Virus record (IMG/VR): IMGVR_UViG_3300036791_000703
Span: 2,021 to 66,020 of that record
Strand: one strand, 5' to 3'
DNA from: a virus
Taxonomy: Duplodnaviria; Caudoviricetes
DNA: 64,000 bases
Below, one piece after another: positions 26,798 to 36,687 of the stretch (position 1 is the stretch's first letter; every line of letters begins with the position of its first letter). The notes beneath the pieces were generated by a model. It was given only the letters and a program-made list of their open reading frames with translations, did not search any database and had not been told where the DNA came from. A program made the position numbers and the translations under genes.

Positions 26798-27832
26798 ATG
26801 TCAGTGGCGACAAATCTAGTTTCAACGACACCGACACGCTTTCCGGTCATCCGTCCCGAGCTATTGCCCCCAATGGCGGTGCTGGAGAACATCTCGACCG
26901 AGTCGATCATCGCCAATCGCATGCAGCAGCTCGTCACGTTCTGGGCACAGAATGATCCGCCCAATTCGGCGCAGTATGATGTTGGTGGTTTAGAGTTCGA
27001 TCCAATTAGAATTAACCAAGAATTAAACGCATACTTCGAGCTGATGCTGCGCGACCGCGTCAATCAGGCGTGTCGCGCGATGACGCTGGCGTTCGCTGTC
27101 GGCAGCGACCTCGACGCGATCGGATCGCGATATCCATACGGCGTTCCGCGATTGATCTTCCCTGACGGCTCGACCGAGACCGACGACGCCTATCGCCAGC
27201 GGTTGTGGCTGTCGCCGTCGATCTTCTCGCTGTCGGGCACCGGCCAGGGCACCTTCGAGAGCTACGTGTTCTGGGCGCTCTCGGCGCCGATGCCGCCCGG
27301 CGAGGACTCGATCAAGCACGCCTCGGCGCTCACCAAGCCCGGCACCGGCTACGTCTACATCCCGATCATCAGCTCGACCTGCTCGAACCCGAACATGCTG
27401 TGGTCGTCGTCGCCGGACGGCACGCTGTGGACGCTGGTCACCGGCACCAAGCCGTTGCCGGATGCCGCCCAGATCAACGCGGTCCAGCAGTTCATCACCG
27501 CGCCCAACACCGCACGCAAGGGATTGACCGACGTGGTGGTGACGATGGTGCCGAAGATCATCAACGTCGAAATCAGTTGCGACGTGTGGCTGTTTCCTGG
27601 CGTCGACATGCTCGGGATGATGGGCGTGTTGGCAAAATCGGTCGGCGATCTCGTCACGGCGCTGCGCTGGCTCGGCGCTGATCTCACGCTGCTCGCGCTC
27701 GATGGCGCGCTGGCCCAGGCCGGCGTCTACGACCGCATCACCTATGCGCCGACCGCCGATGTCGTCGTCGGCACCGACGGCGTGGTCAACATCACCGGAG
27801 TGAGGCTGCGCTACCGCGGGACCGGAGAGTGA
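26798..27832 (+). CDS. Baseplate assembly protein (gpJ-like)
   Basis: RDRVNQA...LAFAVGSDLD.IG...ETDDAYRQR...Y.FWALS. Confidence 0.9.
   Translation: MSVATNLVSTTPTRFPVIRPELLPPMAVLENISTESIIANRMQQLVTFWAQNDPPNSAQYDVGGLEFDPIRINQELNAYFELMLRDRVNQACRAMTLAFAVGSDLDAIGSRYPYGVPRLIFPDGSTETDDAYRQRLWLSPSIFSLSGTGQGTFESYVFWALSAPMPPGEDSIKHASALTKPGTGYVYIPIISSTCSNPNMLWSSSPDGTLWTLVTGTKPLPDAAQINAVQQFITAPNTARKGLTDVVVTMVPKIINVEISCDVWLFPGVDMLGMMGVLAKSVGDLVTALRWLGADLTLLALDGALAQAGVYDRITYAPTADVVVGTDGVVNITGVRLRYRGTGE
27012..27026. promoter_or_regulatory. CtrA-type box TTAA-N7-TTAA inside the gpJ gene
   Basis: TTAAccaagaaTTAA within a short AT-rich, rare-codon patch. Confidence 0.4.
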
Positions 27833-27835
27833 ACG

Positions 27836-30800
27836 ATGGGTAGGGCACAACTTCTCGATAACTGCCAGTTCTTCGCGCAGAACACCGGCACCGGTGACTT
27901 TTCGATCGGCGCTATTTTCCCTGGCGCACAGTCGCCTGCCGCGGCGCGTGCCGTCGACACCCGGCCCTATCACTACTCGGCGATGGCGGGTGATCAATCG
28001 CAGTGGGAGTACGGCATCGGCCGCTACCATGTCGCCACCACGACGCTGGAACGCTTTCAGATCGTGGCGTCGACATCAGGTGGTAACGCCAAGGTCAACT
28101 TCACCCTGCCGCCGGTGGTGGCGATCTCGCCGCTGTCGTCGGACTTCCCGCAGGGCGTCAACGCCGAGTATTTCGGCTTCGTCGGCGATTGCATCGTGCA
28201 GGAGGGGCCGGACTTCTTTTCCTCGGTCATCCTCAACAAGGGGACCAACAACGCGCCAGCGTGGGCGAGCTTCAACGCTTTCGCCCAGATCGAGAGCAAA
28301 GCCAACCGCGGCGTGCTGCTGCACTTCGATCCTGGCGGCTGCTACGGCTACGACTACTCGCTGTGCTGGCAGGCGCTGTTCGGCATCCAGAAGCTTCACA
28401 TCAATGGCCACGGCGCCAAATTCCAGAACATCTACGATCAGTCCGTTCAGGGCGCCAACTTCGATTTCGAGCAGGCGTGGCCGACCGCCTCGACCAGTTT
28501 CAGCTCATGGCCCGGCGGGGTTTTCCATTCGATCAAGATCAACACCACGATTCCGGGCAGCAATACGTTCTCGCTGGTCAACCCGTCCGACATGCAGTAT
28601 TTCGCGCCGCCCAACATTTCCGCCAATCAGCAGGTCGGGCAGCGCTGCGCGATGGGCTCGATGGACATCATGTTCTTCGGCTATCCGCCAAACCCATATC
28701 AATTCGAATACCCGCGGCTCGTCGGTTTCGGTCTGGTCTGTACCATCGCCGCTGGCGTGGTGACCTGTGCCAATCACAGCCTGCAGATCAACTCAGCGCT
28801 CACCTTCTCGACCAACGGCACGCTGCCGTCGAACTTGGTGCCGGGCACGACCTATTACGTGGTGGCCGGAAGCTTCACCACCGGATCATTCATGTTGTCG
28901 GCTACGGTGGGCGGCGCGCCGATCACCGATGCCACTCCCGGCTCCGGCACCCATGCAATCACCAACATCATCACCATGGAGCAGCCGATCCGGTATCAGC
29001 ATCGGGCCGACTTCCCCGACTACAATTTCGGTGCGCCGTACAATGCCGGTGCTGCGCGGGTGTGGCCGTTCCCGAATGATCAATCGTGCATGTGGGACCT
29101 TGAGCACGTCTATCAGGACATCAAGGTCTTCCTCAATCCGAACCATCGCGAGCCGCACCACTACGTGACGTTCTGCGGCCGCAAGATCGTCACCATCGAC
29201 TTCGACGGCCCCGGTCCTTCGGAAAGCGTGTGCGAGCTGGTGCACCACATCCGGGCGCGGTTTCGTGGTGCCGGCGAGACCGACAAGATGGTCAGCGAGA
29301 TCATCTACGAAGACACCATCGACAGTCCGGGGTTCGTGTTTCAGTCGCCGATCGATCGCGTCTCGGTGCGCGGCGGCAAGCTGCGCGGCGGTATCAGCGG
29401 CATGTGCAAGCAGCTGCTGGTCACCAACGCCGACGTGGTCGGCATCAATGCCGGCGGCACCTACGGCATGGCGCTGTCGCACGTCTACGACAATTGCCGC
29501 ATCTATCAGCCTGCCCACCCGCTGTTCGTTCCCGGTCCGGTCGACGGCAGCAGCGCCATGCGGGTCAACACCAAGTTCGTGACCTACGTGCGCGGCGTGA
29601 TCGCCATCAACAAGGTGCAGCTCGGTTACGGGTTGTCTCATTTCAACGCGGTCGTCGGTCAGACCGTCAACGTCGCCTTCAACAACAACTTCAATTCGAT
29701 GACGTTCTCCGGCGATTGGGGCAACGGCGTCGTCGTCGGCATGACCGAGGATGCCACCTACATCTACTACACCACGACGCTGAAGTTCTCGACGTTGCCG
29801 CAGTGGGCGTACGGCATCCCGATCGGGTGCACCATCAGCTTGGCTTCGCCGGCCGTGGTCTCGTCGAGCAACCATTATCTCAGCATCGACGATCCGGTGA
29901 TTCTGTTGAGCGCGGGCGTGCTGCCGTCGCCGCTGGTCGCGGGTCGGCAATACTACGTGGCGACCGCTGGCTACTTCTCCGCCGGCTTCCAGCTCGCGGT
30001 GCTGCCGACCGGCGCCAGCATGGTCGTCACCATTCCCGTGGGTTCGCCTGCCACGATCGGCTTTCCCGCGCACGGCCTGCAGCCCAACGATCCGATCTAC
30101 TTCACCTCGACGGGAACGCTGCCAGCGCCGTTGGTCGCCAACACGACCTACTATGTCATCGCCGACAACCTCGCGACCGATACGTTCGAGGTTTCGGCAA
30201 CGCCCGGTGGCGCGCCGATCGCCACCACCTCGGCCGGGACCGGCACGTATTACATCAACTCCCGATCGATCAACACCACCGACGCCGGATCGCTGCCGCC
30301 GGCCGCGACCTGTCAGTCGATCACCCAGGCGTCGCCAGCGGTGGTCAATTGCACGGCGCACGGCTTGGCGATCGGCGCGCCGTTCAAGTTCAGCACCACC
30401 GGTGGGTTGCCCGCGCCAATCTCGAACGTCACCCAGTATTACGTGCTCGCCGCAGGCTACACGTCCGGCTCATTCCAATTCTCCCGGGTGCCCGGCGGTC
30501 CTGCGGTCAACACCACGACGGCGGGCAGCGGCACCCACACCGTGACCGGCATCCATGCGCAGTATTCGCCGGCTTCGACGGTCTACTTCTCGCGCGCCAA
30601 CGAGCTGCGGCTCAAGAACTGCTACGGCAGCGACATCGCCCGCCAGCTCAGCGCGGCCGACGCGGCAGGGCAGCGCTATTTTGAATTTCGCAAGCTGGAT
30701 TTCGGCGGCACGTCAGTCGGTGCGGTTCAGTTTCCCAGCGTTGGCGGCATCCTGCGCAAGGTCGAGCTGAACGCCATCAACAACGGCTCGTACGGCGCGG

Positions 30801-31462
30801 CGCAGATTTACGTGCAGTTTCAGACCTTCGATCCTACCAACAATTTCCAGTGCGACGCGATTGGCGGTTACTCCATGAGCGTCTACTTCAATGTCGGCGT
30901 CGGCATGGGCAAGCGCTCGGTGTCGGAAGGTTCGTGGAGTGGCCAGCTCGGCAGCGACAACGTCCTTCTCAACGGCGTGACGACCGGCGCCGCCGGACTT
31001 CCGGTGGGGCGGCTGGTCTCCGGCATCGCCGCTTGCGCCTTCACCTATTTCCCCAACAAGACCGCCTGCGCGATCAGCATCGCCACGCCTGCCGTGGTCT
31101 CCATCGCGAACCACGGTTTCGTGGTCGACGAACCGATCTTCTTCACCGGCACCGCCACGCTGCCGGCGCCGATCGTCGCCAATCAGGTCTACTACGTGAT
31201 CAGCGCCGGATTGACGACCGGGGCATTCCAGTTCTCCGCCACCAAGGGCGGCGCCGCGGTTGCCACCACGGCCGCGGGCAGCGGCACCTACTACGTCGGC
31301 GGCTACGGCGTTCCGGCGTCCGGCCTGCCGTCGCCGTATCGCGCGCCGATGTTCGAGATCACGATCATCACCGACTGCGGCATCTGGCGTAAGACCATGA
31401 TCGCCAACTTCGATAACGTCGGCACCAACATCGTCTTCAACACTCAGGGTCTGCTGCCTTGA
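27836..31462 (+). CDS. Tail fibre/spike protein (1208 aa) with five repeated inserted modules
   Basis: N-terminal TGTGDF...QWEYGIG.Y attachment domain; five H-x-L...LP..L....YYV...F modules. Confidence 0.85.
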   Translation: MGRAQLLDNCQFFAQNTGTGDFSIGAIFPGAQSPAAARAVDTRPYHYSAMAGDQSQWEYGIGRYHVATTTLERFQIVASTSGGNAKVNFTLPPVVAISPLSSDFPQGVNAEYFGFVGDCIVQEGPDFFSSVILNKGTNNAPAWASFNAFAQIESKANRGVLLHFDPGGCYGYDYSLCWQALFGIQKLHINGHGAKFQNIYDQSVQGANFDFEQAWPTASTSFSSWPGGVFHSIKINTTIPGSNTFSLVNPSDMQYFAPPNISANQQVGQRCAMGSMDIMFFGYPPNPYQFEYPRLVGFGLVCTIAAGVVTCANHSLQINSALTFSTNGTLPSNLVPGTTYYVVAGSFTTGSFMLSATVGGAPITDATPGSGTHAITNIITMEQPIRYQHRADFPDYNFGAPYNAGAARVWPFPNDQSCMWDLEHVYQDIKVFLNPNHREPHHYVTFCGRKIVTIDFDGPGPSESVCELVHHIRARFRGAGETDKMVSEIIYEDTIDSPGFVFQSPIDRVSVRGGKLRGGISGMCKQLLVTNADVVGINAGGTYGMALSHVYDNCRIYQPAHPLFVPGPVDGSSAMRVNTKFVTYVRGVIAINKVQLGYGLSHFNAVVGQTVNVAFNNNFNSMTFSGDWGNGVVVGMTEDATYIYYTTTLKFSTLPQWAYGIPIGCTISLASPAVVSSSNHYLSIDDPVILLSAGVLPSPLVAGRQYYVATAGYFSAGFQLAVLPTGASMVVTIPVGSPATIGFPAHGLQPNDPIYFTSTGTLPAPLVANTTYYVIADNLATDTFEVSATPGGAPIATTSAGTGTYYINSRSINTTDAGSLPPAATCQSITQASPAVVNCTAHGLAIGAPFKFSTTGGLPAPISNVTQYYVLAAGYTSGSFQFSRVPGGPAVNTTTAGSGTHTVTGIHAQYSPASTVYFSRANELRLKNCYGSDIARQLSAADAAGQRYFEFRKLDFGGTSVGAVQFPSVGGILRKVELNAINNGSYGAAQIYVQFQTFDPTNNFQCDAIGGYSMSVYFNVGVGMGKRSVSEGSWSGQLGSDNVLLNGVTTGAAGLPVGRLVSGIAACAFTYFPNKTACAISIATPAVVSIANHGFVVDEPIFFTGTATLPAPIVANQVYYVISAGLTTGAFQFSATKGGAAVATTAAGSGTYYVGGYGVPASGLPSPYRAPMFEITIITDCGIWRKTMIANFDNVGTNIVFNTQGLLP

Positions 31463-33984
31463 TCACTGGTCGCGACCGCTTAGCGGCCGGCCGTCTCGCT
31501 GCCCCGACTGGTGGGGGTATTTCGGCATCGTCGTTTGCCGTCGGCTCGCCGGTCTTCACGGCGCCGATCACGGCGCCGCCGCTCAACAATCTCGCGCCGT
31601 CGGCCGACTATTCGTCGATCCTGCCCGGCTCGCCCTATGTGCTGGTCGACGACCTCGGCCACGTCTGGGCGCTCGACGCGACAGGGAACGTCTGGCGTGA
31701 CGGCGTCAGCTGGGCGGCTTCGACGAACAACGCGACGGCGACCCTGATTGAGAAGGTCGGCACCACCGTCTGGGTCAAAGGATCGTTCTCTGGATATTCG
31801 TGGGCTTATTACAACACCGGCGTGTTCGTCTATTCGACGGTGGGGCCGCGACAGCCGCTGCCCGCAGCGAACAGACTTTCCGTCGGTTCGCTGGAAATCG
31901 GAACGCCGTTGGCTGCGTTGCCGAAGCCCGCGACCGGTGTCGACCTCGTCGTCGGTTCGCCGGTCATCGGCATTCCTCAGGGTCCGTCACGGTCGGGCAC
32001 GGCGATCTACGCGCCCACCGGCGGCGCGATCGTGGTCGGCGCCAGCATCTGGACATTCGGCCTCAGCCCGCCCGGCGATCCCAACAACAAGTACGTGCTG
32101 CTCAACGGTGCCAATCCCGGGGGCACGCAGCTCGCCGCCTACCTGATCGAGGTCGATACCAGCGGCGTCGTGTGGGCGAAAGCCTACAATGGTCAGTGGT
32201 ACTACTGGAGCGGCACCGCAATGGTGCCGTGGCCGGCGCCGCCCAAGCTCGCGATCCCCGCCGCGGTCCCGCTGACGGTAGGAAGCCCCGCCGTGGGCGT
32301 GCCGCTGCCCGCGGTGACGTGGTTCAACGTCTATGGGTTCTCGGTCGGCTCGCCGCAAATCGGCGTCCCGAGCTTCATAGGCGTCACCACGATGCCGACC
32401 CCGATCGGCATCTGGATCGGGCCGTCGTCGATCGGGGTGGCATGGCCGGAAGCCAGCGAGGTCAATCACCTCACGGCGCTCGATCTCGTGCCCTGGTTCC
32501 CCGACATCGGGACCCAGCCGCTGGCGGTGGCACTGGCCGGCAACGAGATCGGCACCACCGATCCGATCATCCGGCCGCTCGACCAGCATCTCGGCTCGGT
32601 GCTGCTCTATCGCTCGGCCTCGGGGCTGGAACGGGCGATGGCCGATGTCGACGGCTTCCGCCTCACCGCGACCTACGCCGAGATCATCAAGGACCAGTGG
32701 GACCCCGACGCGATCAGCAGTCAGAACCTTCCCTTCCTGGCCTACGCCATGGGCGTCAATCTGTGGGAGCCAGATTGGAGCGACGAGTTTCGCCGCTATT
32801 GGGTGAAGAACCAGTGGACGCTCAAGACCATCCGCGGCTCGCTCTACGGCATCACCACCTACGTCGCCGCGGTCGGCGGCAAGGTGCTCAGCGCGATCGT
32901 GCCGCCCGCCAAGTTCTTTCCCGGCCCGAGCTACACCGCAGATCAGCGCGCCGCCTATGTCGCGCGTTTTCCGCAGCTGCGGCTCTATCCCTACGTGGCG
33001 CGGGTCGAACTGGCCTACATCTGCTGTTGCTCGAAATTCATCTCAGGGTTGGAGCCCAACGAGAAACGCACCTTCAACAAGAACGGCTGCTTCACCGGGC
33101 CGTTGTGGAAATTCTATCCGACCGCGCAGGATGCCGGCGGGCGCTACACGCGAACCTCGGTGCTGTACGATCCGGCCACCGGCATCGAGACGCCGCTGAC
33201 CTATCGCACCCACACCACGGTGACGCTGTCCGGTGCGACCCAGACCGTCGCCGAGATCACGGTGCCGGCGAAGGCGCCGAACACGTGGTTTCTCGGCGAT
33301 CCCAATCGCTATCCGTTGCCGGCGAAGCATCCGCCGCGCAACACCCAGAACCAACATTCGATCTTCCTCGGCTCCGATCTGTCGGTCGCCGCGCGCACCA
33401 TCCAGATCGTGGTGCCGACGACTTCATCGATCGGTTACTCGAAGGCGATCTATCAGACCATCAGCTGGGGCAATGAGAAGCTGATCGATCTTTACCCTGA
33501 CACGATCAACCTCGTTCACAGCTATTCGAAGTTCGGTGTCTATAACGGCGCCGCGAAGGGCAAAGTCTATTTGATGGGCGGCAGCGTCGGGACTTCGTAC
33601 TTGGTGCGATCGGTGGCGTGGCAATACACCTACATGGTCTGGTACCTGTTCGATCCGTCACGCGTGCCCGACTATCGCAAGGCCAGCGTCTATATGGGCC
33701 ATGCTCAATTCGGCCAGCATAAGTACACGGCGAAGATTCGGATCGATGTCGGCGAGGTGTGGCGGCCTTGGTACTTCTCCGGCACCAGCTTCGTCCGCGG
33801 TCACTGGCACCCACCGGACAATCGACGCATCGAGGCGGTACGCCGCGCCGTCACCGCGGCGATGGCCGAACGTGACACCGTCGGCATCGACACTGCGATC
33901 AAGCGCATCATCAGCACCAACGACAGTCTGCCGTGTGACGGGACATTCACCGTTGGTGAGTGGATCGATGCGCGTGTCATATAG
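31459..33984 (+). CDS. Tail protein I (P2 gpI-like) with long N-terminal extension
   Basis: SGLERAMA...WDPD....NLPFLAYAMGV..W...RGS motif from about 32600; about 370-aa VGSP-repeat extension. Confidence 0.85.
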   Translation: MITGRDRLAAGRLAAPTGGGISASSFAVGSPVFTAPITAPPLNNLAPSADYSSILPGSPYVLVDDLGHVWALDATGNVWRDGVSWAASTNNATATLIEKVGTTVWVKGSFSGYSWAYYNTGVFVYSTVGPRQPLPAANRLSVGSLEIGTPLAALPKPATGVDLVVGSPVIGIPQGPSRSGTAIYAPTGGAIVVGASIWTFGLSPPGDPNNKYVLLNGANPGGTQLAAYLIEVDTSGVVWAKAYNGQWYYWSGTAMVPWPAPPKLAIPAAVPLTVGSPAVGVPLPAVTWFNVYGFSVGSPQIGVPSFIGVTTMPTPIGIWIGPSSIGVAWPEASEVNHLTALDLVPWFPDIGTQPLAVALAGNEIGTTDPIIRPLDQHLGSVLLYRSASGLERAMADVDGFRLTATYAEIIKDQWDPDAISSQNLPFLAYAMGVNLWEPDWSDEFRRYWVKNQWTLKTIRGSLYGITTYVAAVGGKVLSAIVPPAKFFPGPSYTADQRAAYVARFPQLRLYPYVARVELAYICCCSKFISGLEPNEKRTFNKNGCFTGPLWKFYPTAQDAGGRYTRTSVLYDPATGIETPLTYRTHTTVTLSGATQTVAEITVPAKAPNTWFLGDPNRYPLPAKHPPRNTQNQHSIFLGSDLSVAARTIQIVVPTTSSIGYSKAIYQTISWGNEKLIDLYPDTINLVHSYSKFGVYNGAAKGKVYLMGGSVGTSYLVRSVAWQYTYMVWYLFDPSRVPDYRKASVYMGHAQFGQHKYTAKIRIDVGEVWRPWYFSGTSFVRGHWHPPDNRRIEAVRRAVTAAMAERDTVGIDTAIKRIISTNDSLPCDGTFTVGEWIDARVI

Positions 33985-33993
33985 GAGAGGGTA

Positions 33994-36498
33994 ATGGCCG
34001 AAAACGCAGTCATCTTCCGCGACAATCAGGAAGTCCAGGCCGCCGACTTCAATAACCTGCAGGATTGGTTGGGCACCTCGCTCGACCATGTCGTGGTCGA
34101 CGCCATCGAGCCGAACCAGTCCTACACCGGCTTCATGCTCTCGAAGACCGCACCGACCCAGATCAGTGTCGCGCCCGGCCGGGTTTACTCGAAAGGGGCG
34201 GTCTATGCGCGCCTCGACACGGTGACGCTCGATTGCTTCAACGTGTTGCCGGTCACCCAGAAGAAACAGATCGCTGTGGTGGCGTGGGGCAGCACGATCA
34301 CCCAGGACACCCAGCCGCGCGACTTCATCATCGACGCCGACACCGGCGAAGCGCAGCCGCAATCCGTCGACATGACGACGACGCGGTATGCCAACGTCGA
34401 TCTCGTGCCCGGCGTCGAGAGCGCATCACCGCAATTTCCGCCGATCGACGCGAGCGACGTGCTGATCGGTTACGTGCTGTGCGATCCGACTGGCATCGTA
34501 TCGTTCCAGCAATCAGTCTTTAACATGCTCGACAACATCTCCGATCTGTCGAACAAGATCACCTCGCTCAACAGCTGGGCGGCGACGGTCAATGGCCAGA
34601 TCGCGACCTTGACCTCGGCGCTCGCCGCACTCGCCTCGCAGCTCAAGAACTACACGCTGCTCACCGACTTCCAGAAGTTGGTCACGCTGGTCAACCAGAT
34701 TTGGGACCTGATCCATCAGCCGCCGGCCTTCGTGTGGTACGGCACCGACTACTTCCTCGACGAATCGCAGAGCTACACCACGGGCAATGTCGACGGCGCC
34801 TACCATGCGCATGTCGAGGAGGGGTGCCGCTTTCCCGGTGGCACCGGCACCACCCAGACGACGTTGGCGCTGCTCAATCCGCAGGACCCTGGCGCGCTGG
34901 TCGCCGCCGACGGCTTCACCCTGCCGACGCCATCTGGCGCGCGGATGCGGCTCGATTGCTCGTTCCCTGACTATCCGTGGATCGAGGAGCGGTTGCTGCA
35001 GTACATCTACACTGCGTTCACCTTGCGCCACCTCTACCCGTCGCGACATCGATTCCGCTGCGGCGGCCTGTGGCCAGTGTGTCCGCCTGCCGAGGTGTGG
35101 TGGTATCAAGCCCAGCTCGATCCGACGACGCGCATCCTGTCATTTCTTTACGAGACCTGGGAGATCGTCGAGTGGGCCGAGATCGCGGCGCATCAGGAAG
35201 ACGATATCGACTGGCCGCGCCATCAGTTCGGCCGTTGGCAGTATTATTGGCGCGATTATGTCGACCTGCCCTACTGGTCGAAGCGGTTCGACAACTTCGA
35301 TCACTCCGGACAGCACATCGCGCAGACGTTCATGAACGCGCAGGACGGTTGGCTGTCCGGCGTCACCACGTTCATGAACTCACAGCTGGAGGAGCCACTC
35401 ACGTTGCTGATCGCAGAGTGCGATCAGCAGGGCAATCCTGATCACATCAACCAGACGATTCGTCGGGTCGTTCTGCAGGCGACCGATGTCGCCGCGGGAT
35501 TTGAAAATCCGGTGCTGGTCGGCGACCTGTGGTTCTATCACCAAGCGATGACGGTCGGTGGCACGTGGATCAACTCGATCCCGATTACCGCAGGTGAGGC
35601 TTTGCTCTTGCCGGCGTGGACGTTGTCGAACATTCCGGTCTACATCTTTCCGCTGCGCATGAACTTCCCGCCGGTGTTCCTGCAGGCTGGCAAGCGCTAC
35701 AGCATCAGCTTCCTGTCGACCGCCGATCATCGGTTCTGCATCTCGGACCGGTGGGAGTGTTTCGCCATCCATCAGGGCTGCTACTGGGTCAACGGCTCGG
35801 GTGGCCTCTATCTGTGGCCATCGCTGACCTCGCCGAAGACACTGCGCTTCGCGCTTCATTACGCGACCTGGGGACAGTGGCAGAATAATCCCAACTCTGC
35901 TGGCGGCTCGGTGCGCATGGAGCTACAACTGCAGCCGTTGCAGATGGCGGGCGGGATCGCTGGTATCGACGTGCTCGCAGATACCATCATCCCGGCCGCT
36001 ACCGATCTGTCCTATCAAATTCAGCTCAACGGCACGTGGCAGCCGTTCTCCGAAGACCCCGACACGCCGCAGCTGTCCTCGCTGCCGCCGCTGCTGCCGT
36101 TCAAGGTGGTGTTCACCGGCACCACCGACCTGATGCCGGGCATCTCGCTGACCCAGAGCCAAGTGCAGCTGACCGGTGGACAGTCCAACACCTTCCACCA
36201 CATCTCGGAGCCGATCGCGATTGCCGCGGCATGCACTCACGTCAAGGTCGTCGGCAAGCTGATCTCGTTCGACACCACCCACCACACCTGCGTCGCCTCG
36301 ATCCATTTCGGCACCACCCACGCAATGCCGGATATCGTCGGCGATGCGGTGCAGACCGATGGCTCGATCGATCGCACGTGGACCTTCAACCAGTCGATCG
36401 CGGCGCTGGGCTCGTTCTACGTCGAGATCGACGGTACCACCGACGGCGCGATCCCCGGTCGTTTCATCGTCGCCTCGCGCGTCGCCTATGCCGACTAA
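33994..36498 (+). CDS. Baseplate/tail-fibre base protein
   Basis: Follows gpI; VIFRDNQEV..DFNNLQ start; coiled segment; IAQTF motif. Confidence 0.7.
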   Translation: MAENAVIFRDNQEVQAADFNNLQDWLGTSLDHVVVDAIEPNQSYTGFMLSKTAPTQISVAPGRVYSKGAVYARLDTVTLDCFNVLPVTQKKQIAVVAWGSTITQDTQPRDFIIDADTGEAQPQSVDMTTTRYANVDLVPGVESASPQFPPIDASDVLIGYVLCDPTGIVSFQQSVFNMLDNISDLSNKITSLNSWAATVNGQIATLTSALAALASQLKNYTLLTDFQKLVTLVNQIWDLIHQPPAFVWYGTDYFLDESQSYTTGNVDGAYHAHVEEGCRFPGGTGTTQTTLALLNPQDPGALVAADGFTLPTPSGARMRLDCSFPDYPWIEERLLQYIYTAFTLRHLYPSRHRFRCGGLWPVCPPAEVWWYQAQLDPTTRILSFLYETWEIVEWAEIAAHQEDDIDWPRHQFGRWQYYWRDYVDLPYWSKRFDNFDHSGQHIAQTFMNAQDGWLSGVTTFMNSQLEEPLTLLIAECDQQGNPDHINQTIRRVVLQATDVAAGFENPVLVGDLWFYHQAMTVGGTWINSIPITAGEALLLPAWTLSNIPVYIFPLRMNFPPVFLQAGKRYSISFLSTADHRFCISDRWECFAIHQGCYWVNGSGGLYLWPSLTSPKTLRFALHYATWGQWQNNPNSAGGSVRMELQLQPLQMAGGIAGIDVLADTIIPAATDLSYQIQLNGTWQPFSEDPDTPQLSSLPPLLPFKVVFTGTTDLMPGISLTQSQVQLTGGQSNTFHHISEPIAIAAACTHVKVVGKLISFDTTHHTCVASIHFGTTHAMPDIVGDAVQTDGSIDRTWTFNQSIAALGSFYVEIDGTTDGAIPGRFIVASRVAYAD

Positions 36499-36510
36499 AG
36501 GGAGAATCAC

Positions 36511-36684
36511 ATGATCTATTGGCAGATCACCGTCAACAGCGGGTTCTTCTTCGCCAACGTGCAGTTCACGCCGATGAAGACCTACTTTGTTTCCGATGCG
36601 ATTTACCAGACCGTCGACATCGGCGACGGCAGTACATTCGCATCGCACTGCGCGTCGGCACAGCAGACCACTGGCCCGAGGTAA
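36511..36684 (+). CDS. Small tail-region protein (57 aa)
   Basis: GGGAG RBS; ORF fills the gap and is below the ORF-track cutoff. Confidence 0.65.
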   Translation: MIYWQITVNSGFFFANVQFTPMKTYFVSDAIYQTVDIGDGSTFASHCASAQQTTGPR

Positions 36685-36687
36685 GCA

